NCBI GenBank assembly: GCA_964531785.1
Contig: CAZHFF010000001.1
Coordinates: 84,338-148,337, forward strand
Direction of reading: 5' to 3'
Origin: an uncultured Candidatus Saccharibacteria bacterium
GTDB taxonomy: Bacteria; Patescibacteriota; Minisyncoccia; Phycocordibacterales; UBA12088
Length of the DNA stretch: 64,000 nt
Positions 10,381 through 20,148 of the stretch are shown piece by piece. A program made the position numbers and the translations under genes. Positions within the stretch are counted from its first letter, which is position 1, and every line of letters begins with the position of its first letter. Under the pieces are notes generated by a model. The model had not been told where the DNA came from and made no database searches. It saw only the letters and a program-made list of their open reading frames with translations.

Positions 10381-11276
10381 TGCGTCCGTTCATCCTAGCT
10401 CTTGTTCTTGCTTTCGTTGTGTTCGGTAGTCTCTACACCACCGCAGAGGCGTGCGAGAACATCTATCCCTCGGGCAGTACCGTGCCGACCGGCTATGCGC
10501 CGCCATGGAACCAGTTCACGAGCGCGAAAGAGCTCTTGGTCCGGGTCACTACATGTACCGGCAGTACCGCGACGGTCGAGGTAGGTTCGACCGCGACCGC
10601 ATACACCCAATACACCTATAACAGCGGATACTACTGGGATGGTACCCAGTGGCGAGCCTACTCGCTCACGGGTACGACCGTCGCCACCGGGTGGCTCTCG
10701 CGCGGGACAGGTGTCGTTCCGCTCACCACAGGACAAGGTTATGTCGTAGGGTACACCTGTCAGCTTGTCGGTACCGACTGGAAGTGTGGCTGTCGCAACA
10801 CCTCGTGTACGCAACCCGCGTGGCAGCTCCAAGGCTACAAGGTTGCGACCGCATCGACCGGTGGTACGACCGGGGGCACGACGAACACCGCGACCTGGAA
10901 GGACGCGAACCTTACCTGGTACACCTCCTACCCTGACCCAGGGAGCGAAGAATGTATCGCATACAACGGGTGTACCTGGGCGGGGCAGTTTGCTGCGCTC
11001 TCAGGAAAGCAGCCCGAGAGCTGGGTCAAGGCGAATAACATTGCAGCGGTCCACGAGAAGTTTTTCAACCAGTATAAGCTCAAGACGCTTCGCCTTACTT
11101 CGGGATCGAACCAGATCGATGTGAAGGTGTATGACATGTGCGCGGATTCGGACTGTAATGGATGCTGTACGCGTAACCTGGGCAGTGCAGGCTTCCTTAT
11201 CGACATCGAAAAATACACCGCCGACCGATTCGGCGTACGAAGTGGTACGGTCAAGTGGACGTGCCTTGACTGCTAA
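10381..11276 (+). CDS. Secreted Cys-rich protein with a probable RlpA/expansin-like double-psi beta-barrel at the C-terminus.
   Basis: Signal peptide MRPFILALVLAFVVFGSLYTTAEA. C-terminal motif DMCADSDCNGCCTRN...FLIDIEKYTADRFG resembles the D.C...C...hFDLS...AF pattern of DPBB proteins. Assigned by pattern only. Confidence 0.45.
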
Positions 11277-11337
11277 GATAGGTCAAACTATGCCTGATCG
11301 CCGTGTTCGTCGGGCACGGTTCTGCTAGCATACACGC

Positions 11338-11733
11338 ATGGAAGATCTGCCTTGGGAGCGCTATATCGAGGATGGTGTACGTGCACTGCCGGAAAGCTTT
11401 CGCGCACGTATCGTGAACGTTGCTCTGCTGCTCGAGGACGAACCGAGCGATGAGGTACGCATCCGTGAGGGCCTGAGTGAGTACGAGACCCTGCTCGGCC
11501 TCTACCAAGGCGTGCCGCTCCCGGAGCGTGGCGACGGGTATGGGATAGGTCCAACCGTCCCAGACACCATTACGCTCTACAAGAACCCGATCCTTGAGGA
11601 GGCGGCACATGATCCCGAACAGGTCGCTCGGGTGGTCAAGGAGACCATTTGGCACGAGTTCGGGCACTACTTCGGCCTTGACGAGCACGAGGTACGTGCT
11701 CGCGAGGCAGGGCGGGGAAGTACCGAGGTGTAG
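11338..11733 (+). CDS. Zincin-like small metallopeptidase family protein (Zincin_1/DUF1025-like).
   Basis: 131 aa with an HExxH motif (IWHEFGHYFGLDEHE) in the typical C-terminal position of this family. Confidence 0.7.
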   Translation: MEDLPWERYIEDGVRALPESFRARIVNVALLLEDEPSDEVRIREGLSEYETLLGLYQGVPLPERGDGYGIGPTVPDTITLYKNPILEEAAHDPEQVARVVKETIWHEFGHYFGLDEHEVRAREAGRGSTEV

Positions 11734-11835
11734 TCTGGGTGGAGTGTGTGGATAGGGCAGCAAGGACGAGCCGGTCCGGATGCTATAGTGGAGCTACGAC
11801 CCGAACGGGGTCTTCTCGCGTAGCTTGCCTGTTGC

Positions 11836-14589
11836 ATGACAAAAAAAGGCCAACCTCAGGAACCGGTGCATGCGTACCATGCGTATAGTGTTGAGCAAAC
11901 GCTCGAACAGCTCGGCACCACAGGCTCCGGGCTGAGCCACGAAGAAGCGCTTGCTCGCCTCACCGTGCACGGCGCTAACGAGCTCACCGGCAAAGACAAG
12001 AACACGCCGCTCCTCGTATTCCTGAAGCAGTTCAATAGCGTACTCATTTACATTCTGCTCGCCGCTGCCGGCATCTCCTACCTGTTCGACCACATGGTCG
12101 ACGTGTACGTGATACTGGGTATCGTGCTCGTGAACGCGACACTCGGCTTCGTGCAAGAGTACCGCGCGCAACGCTCGATCGCTGCGCTCAAGCAGTCGCT
12201 TGTTCTCATGGCTCAGGTGTATCGTGATAATGAGCGGACCGAGATCCCCGCGCGTGAGCTCGTGCCCGGCGACATCATAGCGCTCGAGGCGGGCATGCTC
12301 GTTCCTGCCGATGTGCGGCTTGTCGAGGTGACCGACCTTGAGTGTAACGAATCGTCCCTCACCGGTGAGTCGCTCCCGGTCCATAAGACCCACGGGACCG
12401 TGCGTGCTGAGGCCGCACTGGCCGATCGGGTGAACTGCGCGTATATGGGTACGGTCGTGACGAAGGGCATTGCGCGCGCGGTCGTGATGGCGACCGGCGC
12501 ACGGACCGCGATCGGCACCGTTGCCACCCTTCTCGAGGAGGTGGAAGAACTGAGTACTCACTTCCACGCGCGCACCCGCGTGCTCGCGCTCCAGATGGGG
12601 GGCATAGCGATCGTCAGTACCCTTATCGTGTTCAGTGTCGGTTTCTTCATTCGTGATATTCCGTTCGATGAGATATTCCTCTTTGCGATAGCTACTCTGG
12701 TCTCTGGTATCCCTGAAGGTTTGCCGGCGATACTCTCGGTCGTCCTTGCGGCAGGCGCGTATCGGATGAGCAAGAAGAAAGCGCTCATGCGCACCCTGCC
12801 GGCGAGCGAGACCTTGGGCGTGGTGACGACGATCGTGACCGATAAGACCGGAACGCTCACCCAGAACGTGATGATGGTCGAGACGCTCGTCTACGGTGGT
12901 GCTGAAAAGCGTCTTACGGTGACGGGCGCCGGATGGGAACCGAAAGGAGAGTTTCTCGCGTCCGATCAGCCTGTGGCGCCGCTCGAGGAGCGGCCGCTCG
13001 CCAAACTGTTGCATATTGCTGGAAAGTGCTCGAGCGCACAGGTGTCCCGGCGGGGCGAACAGGGTGAGTACCAGATCCTCGGCGACCCTACGGAAGCAGC
13101 GCTCTCCGTCCTTGCGCACAAAGCGGGCCTCGTGGAGCCGATACTCTTTGCACACGAGAAGGTACTCAAGGACCTGCCGTTCTCCTCTGAGACGAAGATG
13201 CACGCGGTCCTCGTGGAACTCCGCGAGCATGGGGAGGGGTACGACAATTTTCGCGAAGTCTACGTGACCGGTGCGCCGGAAGAGGTCCTGAAGCGATCGA
13301 ATCGGTACTACGTTGAAGGTGCGGTGCATGCCCTTACCGACCAGACTCGTGAGAAGCACCTGCAAGAGATCGAGAAGCTTTCAAAAAAGGCATTGCGGGT
13401 GCTCGCGCTCGCGTATCGTACGCTCGAGCCCGATGCGAGCGATATTGGCGACCATGACCTTGCCGACTTGGTGTTCGTCGGTGTCGTCGGCATGAAGGAT
13501 CCTGTGCGTCCTGATGTACCGGAGGCGCTCGCTCGTGCCCGTACCGCAGGTATACGGGTCATTATGGCGACCGGGGACCATAAGGCCACCGCGGTCGCGA
13601 TCGCGAAGGAGATCGGGCTGGTCGACCAGCATGCACATACGGCCGAGGTCGCGATGACCGGGGTCGAGCTTGAGGCGCTTTCGGAGCCCGAGTTCCTGAA
13701 GGTGCTCAAGACAATGCAGGTATTCGCTCGCCTCGAGCCAAAGACCAAGCTCCGGATAGCACAGGCGCTCCAGAAGGACGGGCAGGTGGTCGCCATGACC
13801 GGGGACGGGGTGAACGATGCGCTGGCGCTCAAGCAGGCCGATATCGGCATAGCGATGGGGAAAGCCGGTACGGATGTTGCACGGCAGTCCTCCGACCTCG
13901 TGCTGACGGACGATAACTTTGCGACGATCATCAATGCGGTCGAAGAAGGGCGAACCGTGTTCACGAACACCCGTCAGTCGGCCATGTTCCTCACGAGTAC
14001 GAATTTCGGCGAACATGCGACCATCCTGACCACCATGGCCCTCGGCTTGCCGCTTCCGCTCCTGCCGACCCAGATCCTCTGGCTCAACTTGGTGACGGAC
14101 GGGACGGTAGGAATACCGCTTGCACTTGAGAAATCGCATCGCAACGTCCTTAAAGAGAAGCCCAAGAAGAAGAACGAGAACATACTGTCGCTCGAGATCA
14201 TACCGTTCATCGCGGTCGTGGTGTCCGTCATGACCGTTGGTACCGTGCTCGTCTTTTCGCTCTTCCTGCCTGAGGGTGTCGACAAGGCCCGCACGGGTGC
14301 CTTTGCGGTCATGTCGTTCACCCAGCTCTTCAACATGCTCAATCTGCGCGCGATGCATGATTCGCTGTTCAGTATCGGTTTGTTCAGCAACAAAAAAGCG
14401 CTCGTGGCGCTCGGCGTGGCCTTTTTGCTCATGGGTATGGTCATGTATATGCCGTTCTTCCAAAAGGTGTTCAATTTTGTGAGCCTTTCCGTGATCGAGA
14501 TGCTTGGCATCTTCATCCTTTCGTCGTTCGTGCTCTGGTTCGGGGAGCTCTACAAGCTCGTACGGAAGCGGGTCGTGAGGGAGGCATGA
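11836..14589 (+). CDS. P-type cation-transporting ATPase (P2-type, Ca2+/Mg2+-ATPase-like).
   Basis: DKTGTLT phosphorylation motif, MATGDHKATA, TGDGVNDALALKQADIGIAMG hinge motif, 10-TM architecture, 917 aa. Confidence 0.9.
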   Translation: MTKKGQPQEPVHAYHAYSVEQTLEQLGTTGSGLSHEEALARLTVHGANELTGKDKNTPLLVFLKQFNSVLIYILLAAAGISYLFDHMVDVYVILGIVLVNATLGFVQEYRAQRSIAALKQSLVLMAQVYRDNERTEIPARELVPGDIIALEAGMLVPADVRLVEVTDLECNESSLTGESLPVHKTHGTVRAEAALADRVNCAYMGTVVTKGIARAVVMATGARTAIGTVATLLEEVEELSTHFHARTRVLALQMGGIAIVSTLIVFSVGFFIRDIPFDEIFLFAIATLVSGIPEGLPAILSVVLAAGAYRMSKKKALMRTLPASETLGVVTTIVTDKTGTLTQNVMMVETLVYGGAEKRLTVTGAGWEPKGEFLASDQPVAPLEERPLAKLLHIAGKCSSAQVSRRGEQGEYQILGDPTEAALSVLAHKAGLVEPILFAHEKVLKDLPFSSETKMHAVLVELREHGEGYDNFREVYVTGAPEEVLKRSNRYYVEGAVHALTDQTREKHLQEIEKLSKKALRVLALAYRTLEPDASDIGDHDLADLVFVGVVGMKDPVRPDVPEALARARTAGIRVIMATGDHKATAVAIAKEIGLVDQHAHTAEVAMTGVELEALSEPEFLKVLKTMQVFARLEPKTKLRIAQALQKDGQVVAMTGDGVNDALALKQADIGIAMGKAGTDVARQSSDLVLTDDNFATIINAVEEGRTVFTNTRQSAMFLTSTNFGEHATILTTMALGLPLPLLPTQILWLNLVTDGTVGIPLALEKSHRNVLKEKPKKKNENILSLEIIPFIAVVVSVMTVGTVLVFSLFLPEGVDKARTGAFAVMSFTQLFNMLNLRAMHDSLFSIGLFSNKKALVALGVAFLLMGMVMYMPFFQKVFNFVSLSVIEMLGIFILSSFVLWFGELYKLVRKRVVREA

Positions 14590-14654
14590 TCGGTGCGCAG
14601 AAGGTAGAAAGGAGAATGAAAAGTGGCGACCAGGTATGGGGAACTACATAAGAG

Positions 14655-14812
14655 AAGATCAAAGGTCAAAAGGCAAAAATACAGTGCAAAGATAAAAAGT
14701 GAACGAGCACGTGTCACGAACATGCTCCCGGGAAAATGATCAGGCCGGGTGTACAGTGTAGTTGAATTTTGACCTGCACTTATGTATTTTGATCTTCGCC
14801 ATTTTGAATGGT
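14655..14812. repeat. AT-rich palindromic intergenic element (copy A) between convergent ATPase and trehalase genes.
   Basis: Left arm GATCAAAGGTCAAAAGGCAAAAATACAGTGCAAAGATAAAAAGTGAAC. Right arm is an inverted, related copy built of CAAAAG/TCAAAGG words. Sharp AT island in a GC-rich genome. Confidence 0.5.
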
Positions 14813-14818
14813 GTTCGT

Positions 14819-16435
14819 CTAGTCCTCGAACACCACCTCGCTCGATATCTCGTACCGATCGAGGAAATCGAGCGTCACCGCATTGGTCCAGCCAAAGCCG
14901 TCCTGGATACCATACTCACCACCGCCGGCGAGCTCGTGGGGATCGTCGACATTATACTTCTCCAGCATCGCACCGAAGCGCTTGTACATGCGCTTCACCG
15001 CTTCGACCCATCGCTCCGCGATATCCCGTGCCAGGTCGGTCCTTCCGTACCGTTCAAGGCCCTCGACAGCAACATACTGGAGCGGTGCCCAGCCATTTGG
15101 CGCATCCCACTGCTCGCCCGAGGTGACGAGCGTGGTGACCAGGCCACCCGGCCGCAGGAAGCGCTCCCTGAGAACCGTCTCCATGCGGTCCGCTTGCTCG
15201 GAGGTCGCGATGTTCGCAAAGAGGGCATAGGTCCCTGCCAGGGTGAGGGCAGGGCTCCGCACCCCGGTCTCCCAACTGAGGTCTACATAGAAACCCCGCA
15301 CCTCGTCAAAAAAGTGCGTACGAAGTGCTTCAGTGCGGCGTTCCGCGCGAGCCCGGAAGGTCGCACTGCGCGCTGCATGATCCGCTCTGTCGTGCGCTCG
15401 AGCGAGCACCATTTCATAGAGTGCGAGGAGGCAGTTGAGATCGACCGGCGCAAGGCGGGTCGTTCTGGACGTCGCTCGTTCAAGTGGCTGGTCGCACCAC
15501 CTGCTCGAAAAGTCCCACCCGCTCTCTGCTGCGGCACGAAGGTCGCGATAGAGTACCGACCGCGGCGGGCTGCTCGGTGCCGTCCTGAGGTCATCCGCGA
15601 GCATCTCTTCGCGGGGTCGGTCGGACACGTCGTAGTACCGGTTGAGTATCTCGCCACTTGGCAGTCGTACCACATGCCGGTACGCGCTTGCGCCGCTCGT
15701 TTTGGGTGCGAGCTTATCCTCTCCGCGCATCCAATAGGCATACTCGCGCTCCATCTCGCCGAGGTAGCGTACCAGTATGTCCGGTCCGAGCTCGCGGGCG
15801 AGGAGTTCGACCATGAGCGCAAAGAACGGCTGATTGCTCCGGGTGAGGTAGTAGGTCCGGTTGCCGTTCGGTATATGGCCGTACCTGCGTATCAAGTGGG
15901 CGAAGTTCTCCACCATATGCTCGACCAGGCCATGTCGGCCGCTGTGTGCAAGACCCACCATCGTGAAGTACGAATCCCAGTAGTAGGTCTCACGGAACCG
16001 ACCGCCCGGAACGATGTAGGGTCGGGGAAGCGGCAAGAGCGACGACCCCGGGGTATAGGTGTCTTTCGTGCGGGTAAGCGTCGTCCAGGTACGTTCGATG
16101 TAGTCTCTGATGTCGTCGCGTTCGCCCGCCCGTTCGCGGGGTGTACGGGGGGTCATATCCTCGGGAAGCGTAAAGTACGTCTCCACGAACTGACTGTAGG
16201 AGAACTGCTTGGTCCGTGATTCCCGGGCATATGCGCGCAGGATCGCCCGGGTCGACATGCGGGGCACTGCGTCGGCGAACGATTTGTTATCGAGCGTCGC
16301 ATGGTGCCGCTGTGCCTGCTCGAAGAGCTCCCCATAGAGTTCCCACGGGGAGAGCGGGTGGCTCCGTCTGATCGGTAAGCGTATCCCGGCGTTTTTCAGC
16401 AGTTCGGTGACCATGCAGTTCTGACGTGCGGACAC
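14819..16435 (-). CDS. treA: Trehalase (glycoside hydrolase family 37).
   Basis: PGGRFRETYYWDSYFTMVGL signature and GH37 C-terminal region, 538 aa. Upstream on the minus strand is TGGTATAGT with a ~57-nt leader. Confidence 0.88.
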   Translation of the reverse strand: MSARQNCMVTELLKNAGIRLPIRRSHPLSPWELYGELFEQAQRHHATLDNKSFADAVPRMSTRAILRAYARESRTKQFSYSQFVETYFTLPEDMTPRTPRERAGERDDIRDYIERTWTTLTRTKDTYTPGSSLLPLPRPYIVPGGRFRETYYWDSYFTMVGLAHSGRHGLVEHMVENFAHLIRRYGHIPNGNRTYYLTRSNQPFFALMVELLARELGPDILVRYLGEMEREYAYWMRGEDKLAPKTSGASAYRHVVRLPSGEILNRYYDVSDRPREEMLADDLRTAPSSPPRSVLYRDLRAAAESGWDFSSRWCDQPLERATSRTTRLAPVDLNCLLALYEMVLARAHDRADHAARSATFRARAERRTEALRTHFFDEVRGFYVDLSWETGVRSPALTLAGTYALFANIATSEQADRMETVLRERFLRPGGLVTTLVTSGEQWDAPNGWAPLQYVAVEGLERYGRTDLARDIAERWVEAVKRMYKRFGAMLEKYNVDDPHELAGGGEYGIQDGFGWTNAVTLDFLDRYEISSEVVFED

Positions 16436-16549
16436 GCCTATACTTACGTTCTGTGGCTCAAGATATACCTATTTCACTATACCACGGGTGGGGCCGTTTT
16501 ATGCACCGAACGGCTATAATAAGGTGGGTCGCTCTGGTATACTGCACTC

Positions 16550-16891
16550 ATGCAGCGACCGGAGCCTTTTTCCGACCGGAGACGTCGACCTGGCGTGGCT
16601 CGTCGTGTGCTCCGTATCCTCTCGGCGCTCGGTCAGTTCCTCGCAGATCGCGTTGCTCGCGATGTGGCGGTCGTGGTCAGCGAGGTGCGCCTGTTCCTCG
16701 GTCTCACCCTGGTGTTAGGTGGAATACTTTCGTTCCGGACGAACCGATACTGCGATGGTAACGTGATCGATATGAGCGCGTGCACCCGGCCTGCTACCTA
16801 CTACTACTATCCGTTCTGGGCGATCGTGTTCGTGGTGCTCGGCGGTTTTCTCATCTGCCTCTGGTACCTGCGTCGCACCAGACAACCCTAG
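16550..16891 (+). CDS. Hypothetical small membrane protein.
   Basis: 113-aa ORF with two hydrophobic segments. TGGTATACT sits 6 nt upstream of the ATG, the same promoter-like arrangement seen at many other starts. Lies in the divergent region next to treA. Confidence 0.35.
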   Translation: MQRPEPFSDRRRRPGVARRVLRILSALGQFLADRVARDVAVVVSEVRLFLGLTLVLGGILSFRTNRYCDGNVIDMSACTRPATYYYYPFWAIVFVVLGGFLICLWYLRRTRQP

Positions 16892-16972
16892 CGAACGCAC
16901 GGTGTCATTGCAGTGATCCGCTGTCCACTGCAGTACTCACACCTACGTGCTGAGGTAGGGTATACTTGGAGT

Positions 16973-18430
16973 ATGCGCGCGTCATACCTGGTGGTAGCTC
17001 TTGTGTTCACGAGCTCTTTGGTCGGCGCTGCGTCGACCCTGCTTGCGAATAACCCGCCGATCATATCGAACGTCCGCATCGCTTCGACGACCAAGGATAC
17101 CGCAATTATCACCTGGAGCACCGATAAACCCGGCGATTCGCTCGTGAATTTCGGCAAGCAGCCGCACTACGGGATGATCCGCACGCCCGGGAACGACAAG
17201 ACCGAGCACTCGGTCAAGCTTGAGGATCTCGATTCTTCGACGATTTACCATTTTCGCGTGTCGACCGCTGACACGCTCGGGAATCAAGCGGTTTCCGGCG
17301 ATTTCGTGTTCATCACCGAGGGGTTTAAGGACATCGAGGATATCGAAGAGGTTTCGAGCACCGAGCAGAAGACGCTGGTCGGCCAGGCGAAGGCAGCGAT
17401 CGAGCGGATCACCGACCCCGATGCGCTCAAGCTCGTGCAGCAGGAGCTTACCGAGCAAGCGGCGGATCTCCTGCGACCGCCCGAGGTCATCGGCAACCCC
17501 CGAGCGATCGACATCACCTCGACCGAAGCGAAGATCGTGTGGGCGACGAGCCGCGAGAGCAGCTCGGTCGTGTATTACTCGACCGAGGCACAGTTTTCGG
17601 GCGGGGACTATGCGCAAAGCTCAGCGGACCTCGAGAACATGACCAAGGACCACGAGGTACTGCTCTCGGGCCTCCGGCCGGCCACCACATACCATTTCAA
17701 GGTGTACTCGGAGGACGAGTTCGGCCTGTCGGGCGAGAGCGGTGATGTCACCTTTACCACCAAATCACCGCTTCCAACGATCGAGGATGTCCAGATAATC
17801 AAGATCGAGGAGGATAGCGCCACGTTCGCTTGGTCGACCGATATCCCCGCCGCTGGAGCGGTCATCTACGAGAACACGGTCACTGGTGAGATACGGTCCG
17901 AGGGAAGTCCCGAATTTCTGACGACCCAGACCGTGCGGTTGACCGACCTGACGTTCGGTGCGACCTATGTCGCTACGGTGCGTGCGGAGAACGAGCAAGG
18001 TGAGCCTTCTGAGAGCGAACCGATCACGTTCACGACCGTCCGCGACGAGGAACCGCCTCTGATAAGTCGGGTGAACAACGAATCGACCCTCTATCCAGGG
18101 GCCGAGACGCGTATTCAGACCATTGTCAGTTGGGGTACTGATGAACCCAGCTTCTGTAATCTGGCGTATAGCGAGGGTCTGGCGCCTGCCGAGAATGCTG
18201 TAGAGCTGGCGAGGAATGCCGATCCGGCGATCGACCACGTGCGGGTCATTACTGAGTTCCTGCCATCGACCGTGTACAAGTTCTGGGTCACCTGTGAGGA
18301 TAGGTCAGGCAACAGCGAGCGCTCAGAGGATTTCGTGCTCTTCACCCCGGAAAAAGAGAAGAGCATTATCGACATCATCCTTGAGAACTTTGAAGGTACC
18401 TTCGGCTGGGTGAAGAACATCGGGAAGTAG
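16973..18430 (+). CDS. Secreted protein with four fibronectin type III-like (purple-acid-phosphatase N-terminal-like) repeats.
   Basis: Start moved to the signal-peptide Met (MRASYLVVALVFTSSLVGAAS), with GGGTATACT 6 nt upstream. Four repeats of the form I.W.T..P....V.Y.........YHF[RK]V. Confidence 0.65.
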   Translation: MRASYLVVALVFTSSLVGAASTLLANNPPIISNVRIASTTKDTAIITWSTDKPGDSLVNFGKQPHYGMIRTPGNDKTEHSVKLEDLDSSTIYHFRVSTADTLGNQAVSGDFVFITEGFKDIEDIEEVSSTEQKTLVGQAKAAIERITDPDALKLVQQELTEQAADLLRPPEVIGNPRAIDITSTEAKIVWATSRESSSVVYYSTEAQFSGGDYAQSSADLENMTKDHEVLLSGLRPATTYHFKVYSEDEFGLSGESGDVTFTTKSPLPTIEDVQIIKIEEDSATFAWSTDIPAAGAVIYENTVTGEIRSEGSPEFLTTQTVRLTDLTFGATYVATVRAENEQGEPSESEPITFTTVRDEEPPLISRVNNESTLYPGAETRIQTIVSWGTDEPSFCNLAYSEGLAPAENAVELARNADPAIDHVRVITEFLPSTVYKFWVTCEDRSGNSERSEDFVLFTPEKEKSIIDIILENFEGTFGWVKNIGK

Positions 18431-18569
18431 TTCAAAATGCAAAAGTTAAAGATCAAAAGTACAAGGCAAAATCTAGAAGTGCATCATAGTGCACCGTGTG
18501 GTTCGCTCAGTACTTTTAACTTTTTACATACACTTTTGCATCTTGCCCTCTGATTCTTGACATTTCATT
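18431..18569. repeat. AT-rich palindromic intergenic element (copy B).
   Basis: TTCAAAATGCAAAAGTTAAAGATCAAAAGTACAAGGCAAAAT ... inverted partner GTACTTTTAACTTTTTACATACACTTTTGCATCTTG. Confidence 0.5.
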
Positions 18570-20006
18570 ATGCGCGCTATCATCACCACAGAGAACGTCG
18601 ACGTGACCTATAACGCAGGTAAGTCGAACGAATTCAAGGCACTGGTCAATGTCTCGGTCGAGATCGCCGCGCGCGAGTACATCATTTTCTTCGGCCCCTC
18701 CGGTTGCGGTAAGTCGACCTTGCTCTACTCGATCTTTGGGGTTCTGGCACCAACCTCGGGCAAGGTCGTGGTGAAGGGAGACTCGATCTATGACTATGAG
18801 CCGATGGACCTGGTGATGTACCAGCGGAAGACGATGGGCATCATGTACCAGTCGTTCAACCTTATCCCCTCGCTCACCGTGCTCGATAACGTCCAGCTAC
18901 CGCTCATTTTCGCGGGGTTTCCTCCGTCCGTACGGGAGGGCAGGGCGATGGACCTGCTCGATCGGTTCGGTATCGCACACGTTGCCCACAAGCGCCCTGC
19001 ACTCCTCTCCGGAGGTCAGCAGCAGCGCGTTTCCGTGGCTCGCAGCCTAGTGAACGATCCGGAGATCCTTATCGCAGACGAGCCGGTCGGTAACCTCGAC
19101 GCGGTCTCCGCAGAAGCCGTTATGAACACGCTCGAGGAGATCAACCGTCACGACAAGAAGACGGTGCTTCTCGTGACGCACGATGCGAAGTACCTCCCGT
19201 ACGCGCACCGCGTGTTCTACCTTGACTACGGGAAGGTCGACCGCATCGTGCCGAACCCGGAAAAGCGCCAGATCATCAAGGTTCGTCCCGGCGAGACGAT
19301 CGTCACTGAGATCGAGCAGCTTGCCCGCATCTATCCGTACGACACGCCCGAGCAGCTGCGCGTCAAGAGCCTGATCAATTACCTCACCCAGAACCTCTCG
19401 TTCGATCAGATCGTACGGCTCGAACATATGACCCAAAAGGTGATCGAAGGCGTGCTCGGCGAGGAGCACTTCAGGACCATGCTGGTGACCGACTACGAGC
19501 AGGGCGGGTGCGGTATCAAGCCGGAGCAGGCGACACTGATGACCCAGCGCATGTACCAGATACTCTCACAATCGGGCGATGTGGTGCGTTTCCGACGCGT
19601 CACGCGTGATCAGAACACGATAGACTTAGAACGTACCGAGCTTGTGAAGCACATTCACGGGTACATGGTCGAAGAATGTAAGATCGCCGCAGATTCGCGC
19701 CTGCTCGAGCGTTTGACCAAAATGGTGACCGCACGCGTGTATGGCTACATAACGCGCGAGGAATTCCATCGTCAGCTTCGCCTGTCAGCAGACGAAGGTG
19801 GTGGCGGGTTCGACATCTACCTTGCTGCGGACCTCTCGCGATACCTCGAAAAGCTCATCGCTCAAGGGGTGTCGCACTTCTCGCAGCACCAAGAGGCGAA
19901 ACCGTCGTCAACGAACCTACATGCCGCACAGGCCAAGAAGTTCGAAGAGATGGATAAGGGTATACTGAGTAAACTGACGGGGATGCTGCATCGGCACAAG
20001 AAGTAA
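18570..20006 (+). CDS. ABC transporter ATP-binding protein (MacB/LolD/FtsE-like) with a ~250-aa C-terminal extension of unknown function.
   Basis: Walker A GPSGCGKST, signature LSGGQQQRV, Walker B ILIADEP. About 250 extra C-terminal residues with no recognisable motif. Confidence 0.85.
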   Translation: MRAIITTENVDVTYNAGKSNEFKALVNVSVEIAAREYIIFFGPSGCGKSTLLYSIFGVLAPTSGKVVVKGDSIYDYEPMDLVMYQRKTMGIMYQSFNLIPSLTVLDNVQLPLIFAGFPPSVREGRAMDLLDRFGIAHVAHKRPALLSGGQQQRVSVARSLVNDPEILIADEPVGNLDAVSAEAVMNTLEEINRHDKKTVLLVTHDAKYLPYAHRVFYLDYGKVDRIVPNPEKRQIIKVRPGETIVTEIEQLARIYPYDTPEQLRVKSLINYLTQNLSFDQIVRLEHMTQKVIEGVLGEEHFRTMLVTDYEQGGCGIKPEQATLMTQRMYQILSQSGDVVRFRRVTRDQNTIDLERTELVKHIHGYMVEECKIAADSRLLERLTKMVTARVYGYITREEFHRQLRLSADEGGGGFDIYLAADLSRYLEKLIAQGVSHFSQHQEAKPSSTNLHAAQAKKFEEMDKGILSKLTGMLHRHKK

Positions 20007-20148
20007 GTCCAAAGTTCAAATCTCAAAATCCAAAATGACAGTCCAAATTGAAAAAAACATGAAAACAAGCAAACATTGTCACGTGCAGTCTTTACTTTTG
20101 AACTTTACATTGTAATTTTGGACCTTGGACTTTAATTTTTAAACTTCT
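20007..20148. repeat. AT-rich palindromic intergenic element (copy C), between the ABC ATPase and permease genes.
   Basis: GTCCAAAGTTCAAATCTCAAAATCCAAAATGACAGTCCAAATTG ... inverted partner ...TTTTGAACTTTACATTGTAATTTTGGACCTTGGACTTT. Confidence 0.5.

Noticed and set aside
11794-14463. Long minus-strand ORFs (11794..13365, 13381..14463, 13308..13970)
   Set aside because: They are antisense to the P-type ATPase gene, which has unmistakable motifs. These are typical GC-rich antisense frames.
14762-16219. 485-aa plus-strand ORF
   Set aside because: It is entirely antisense to the well-supported trehalase gene, has no motifs, and has a high-GC shadow-ORF composition.
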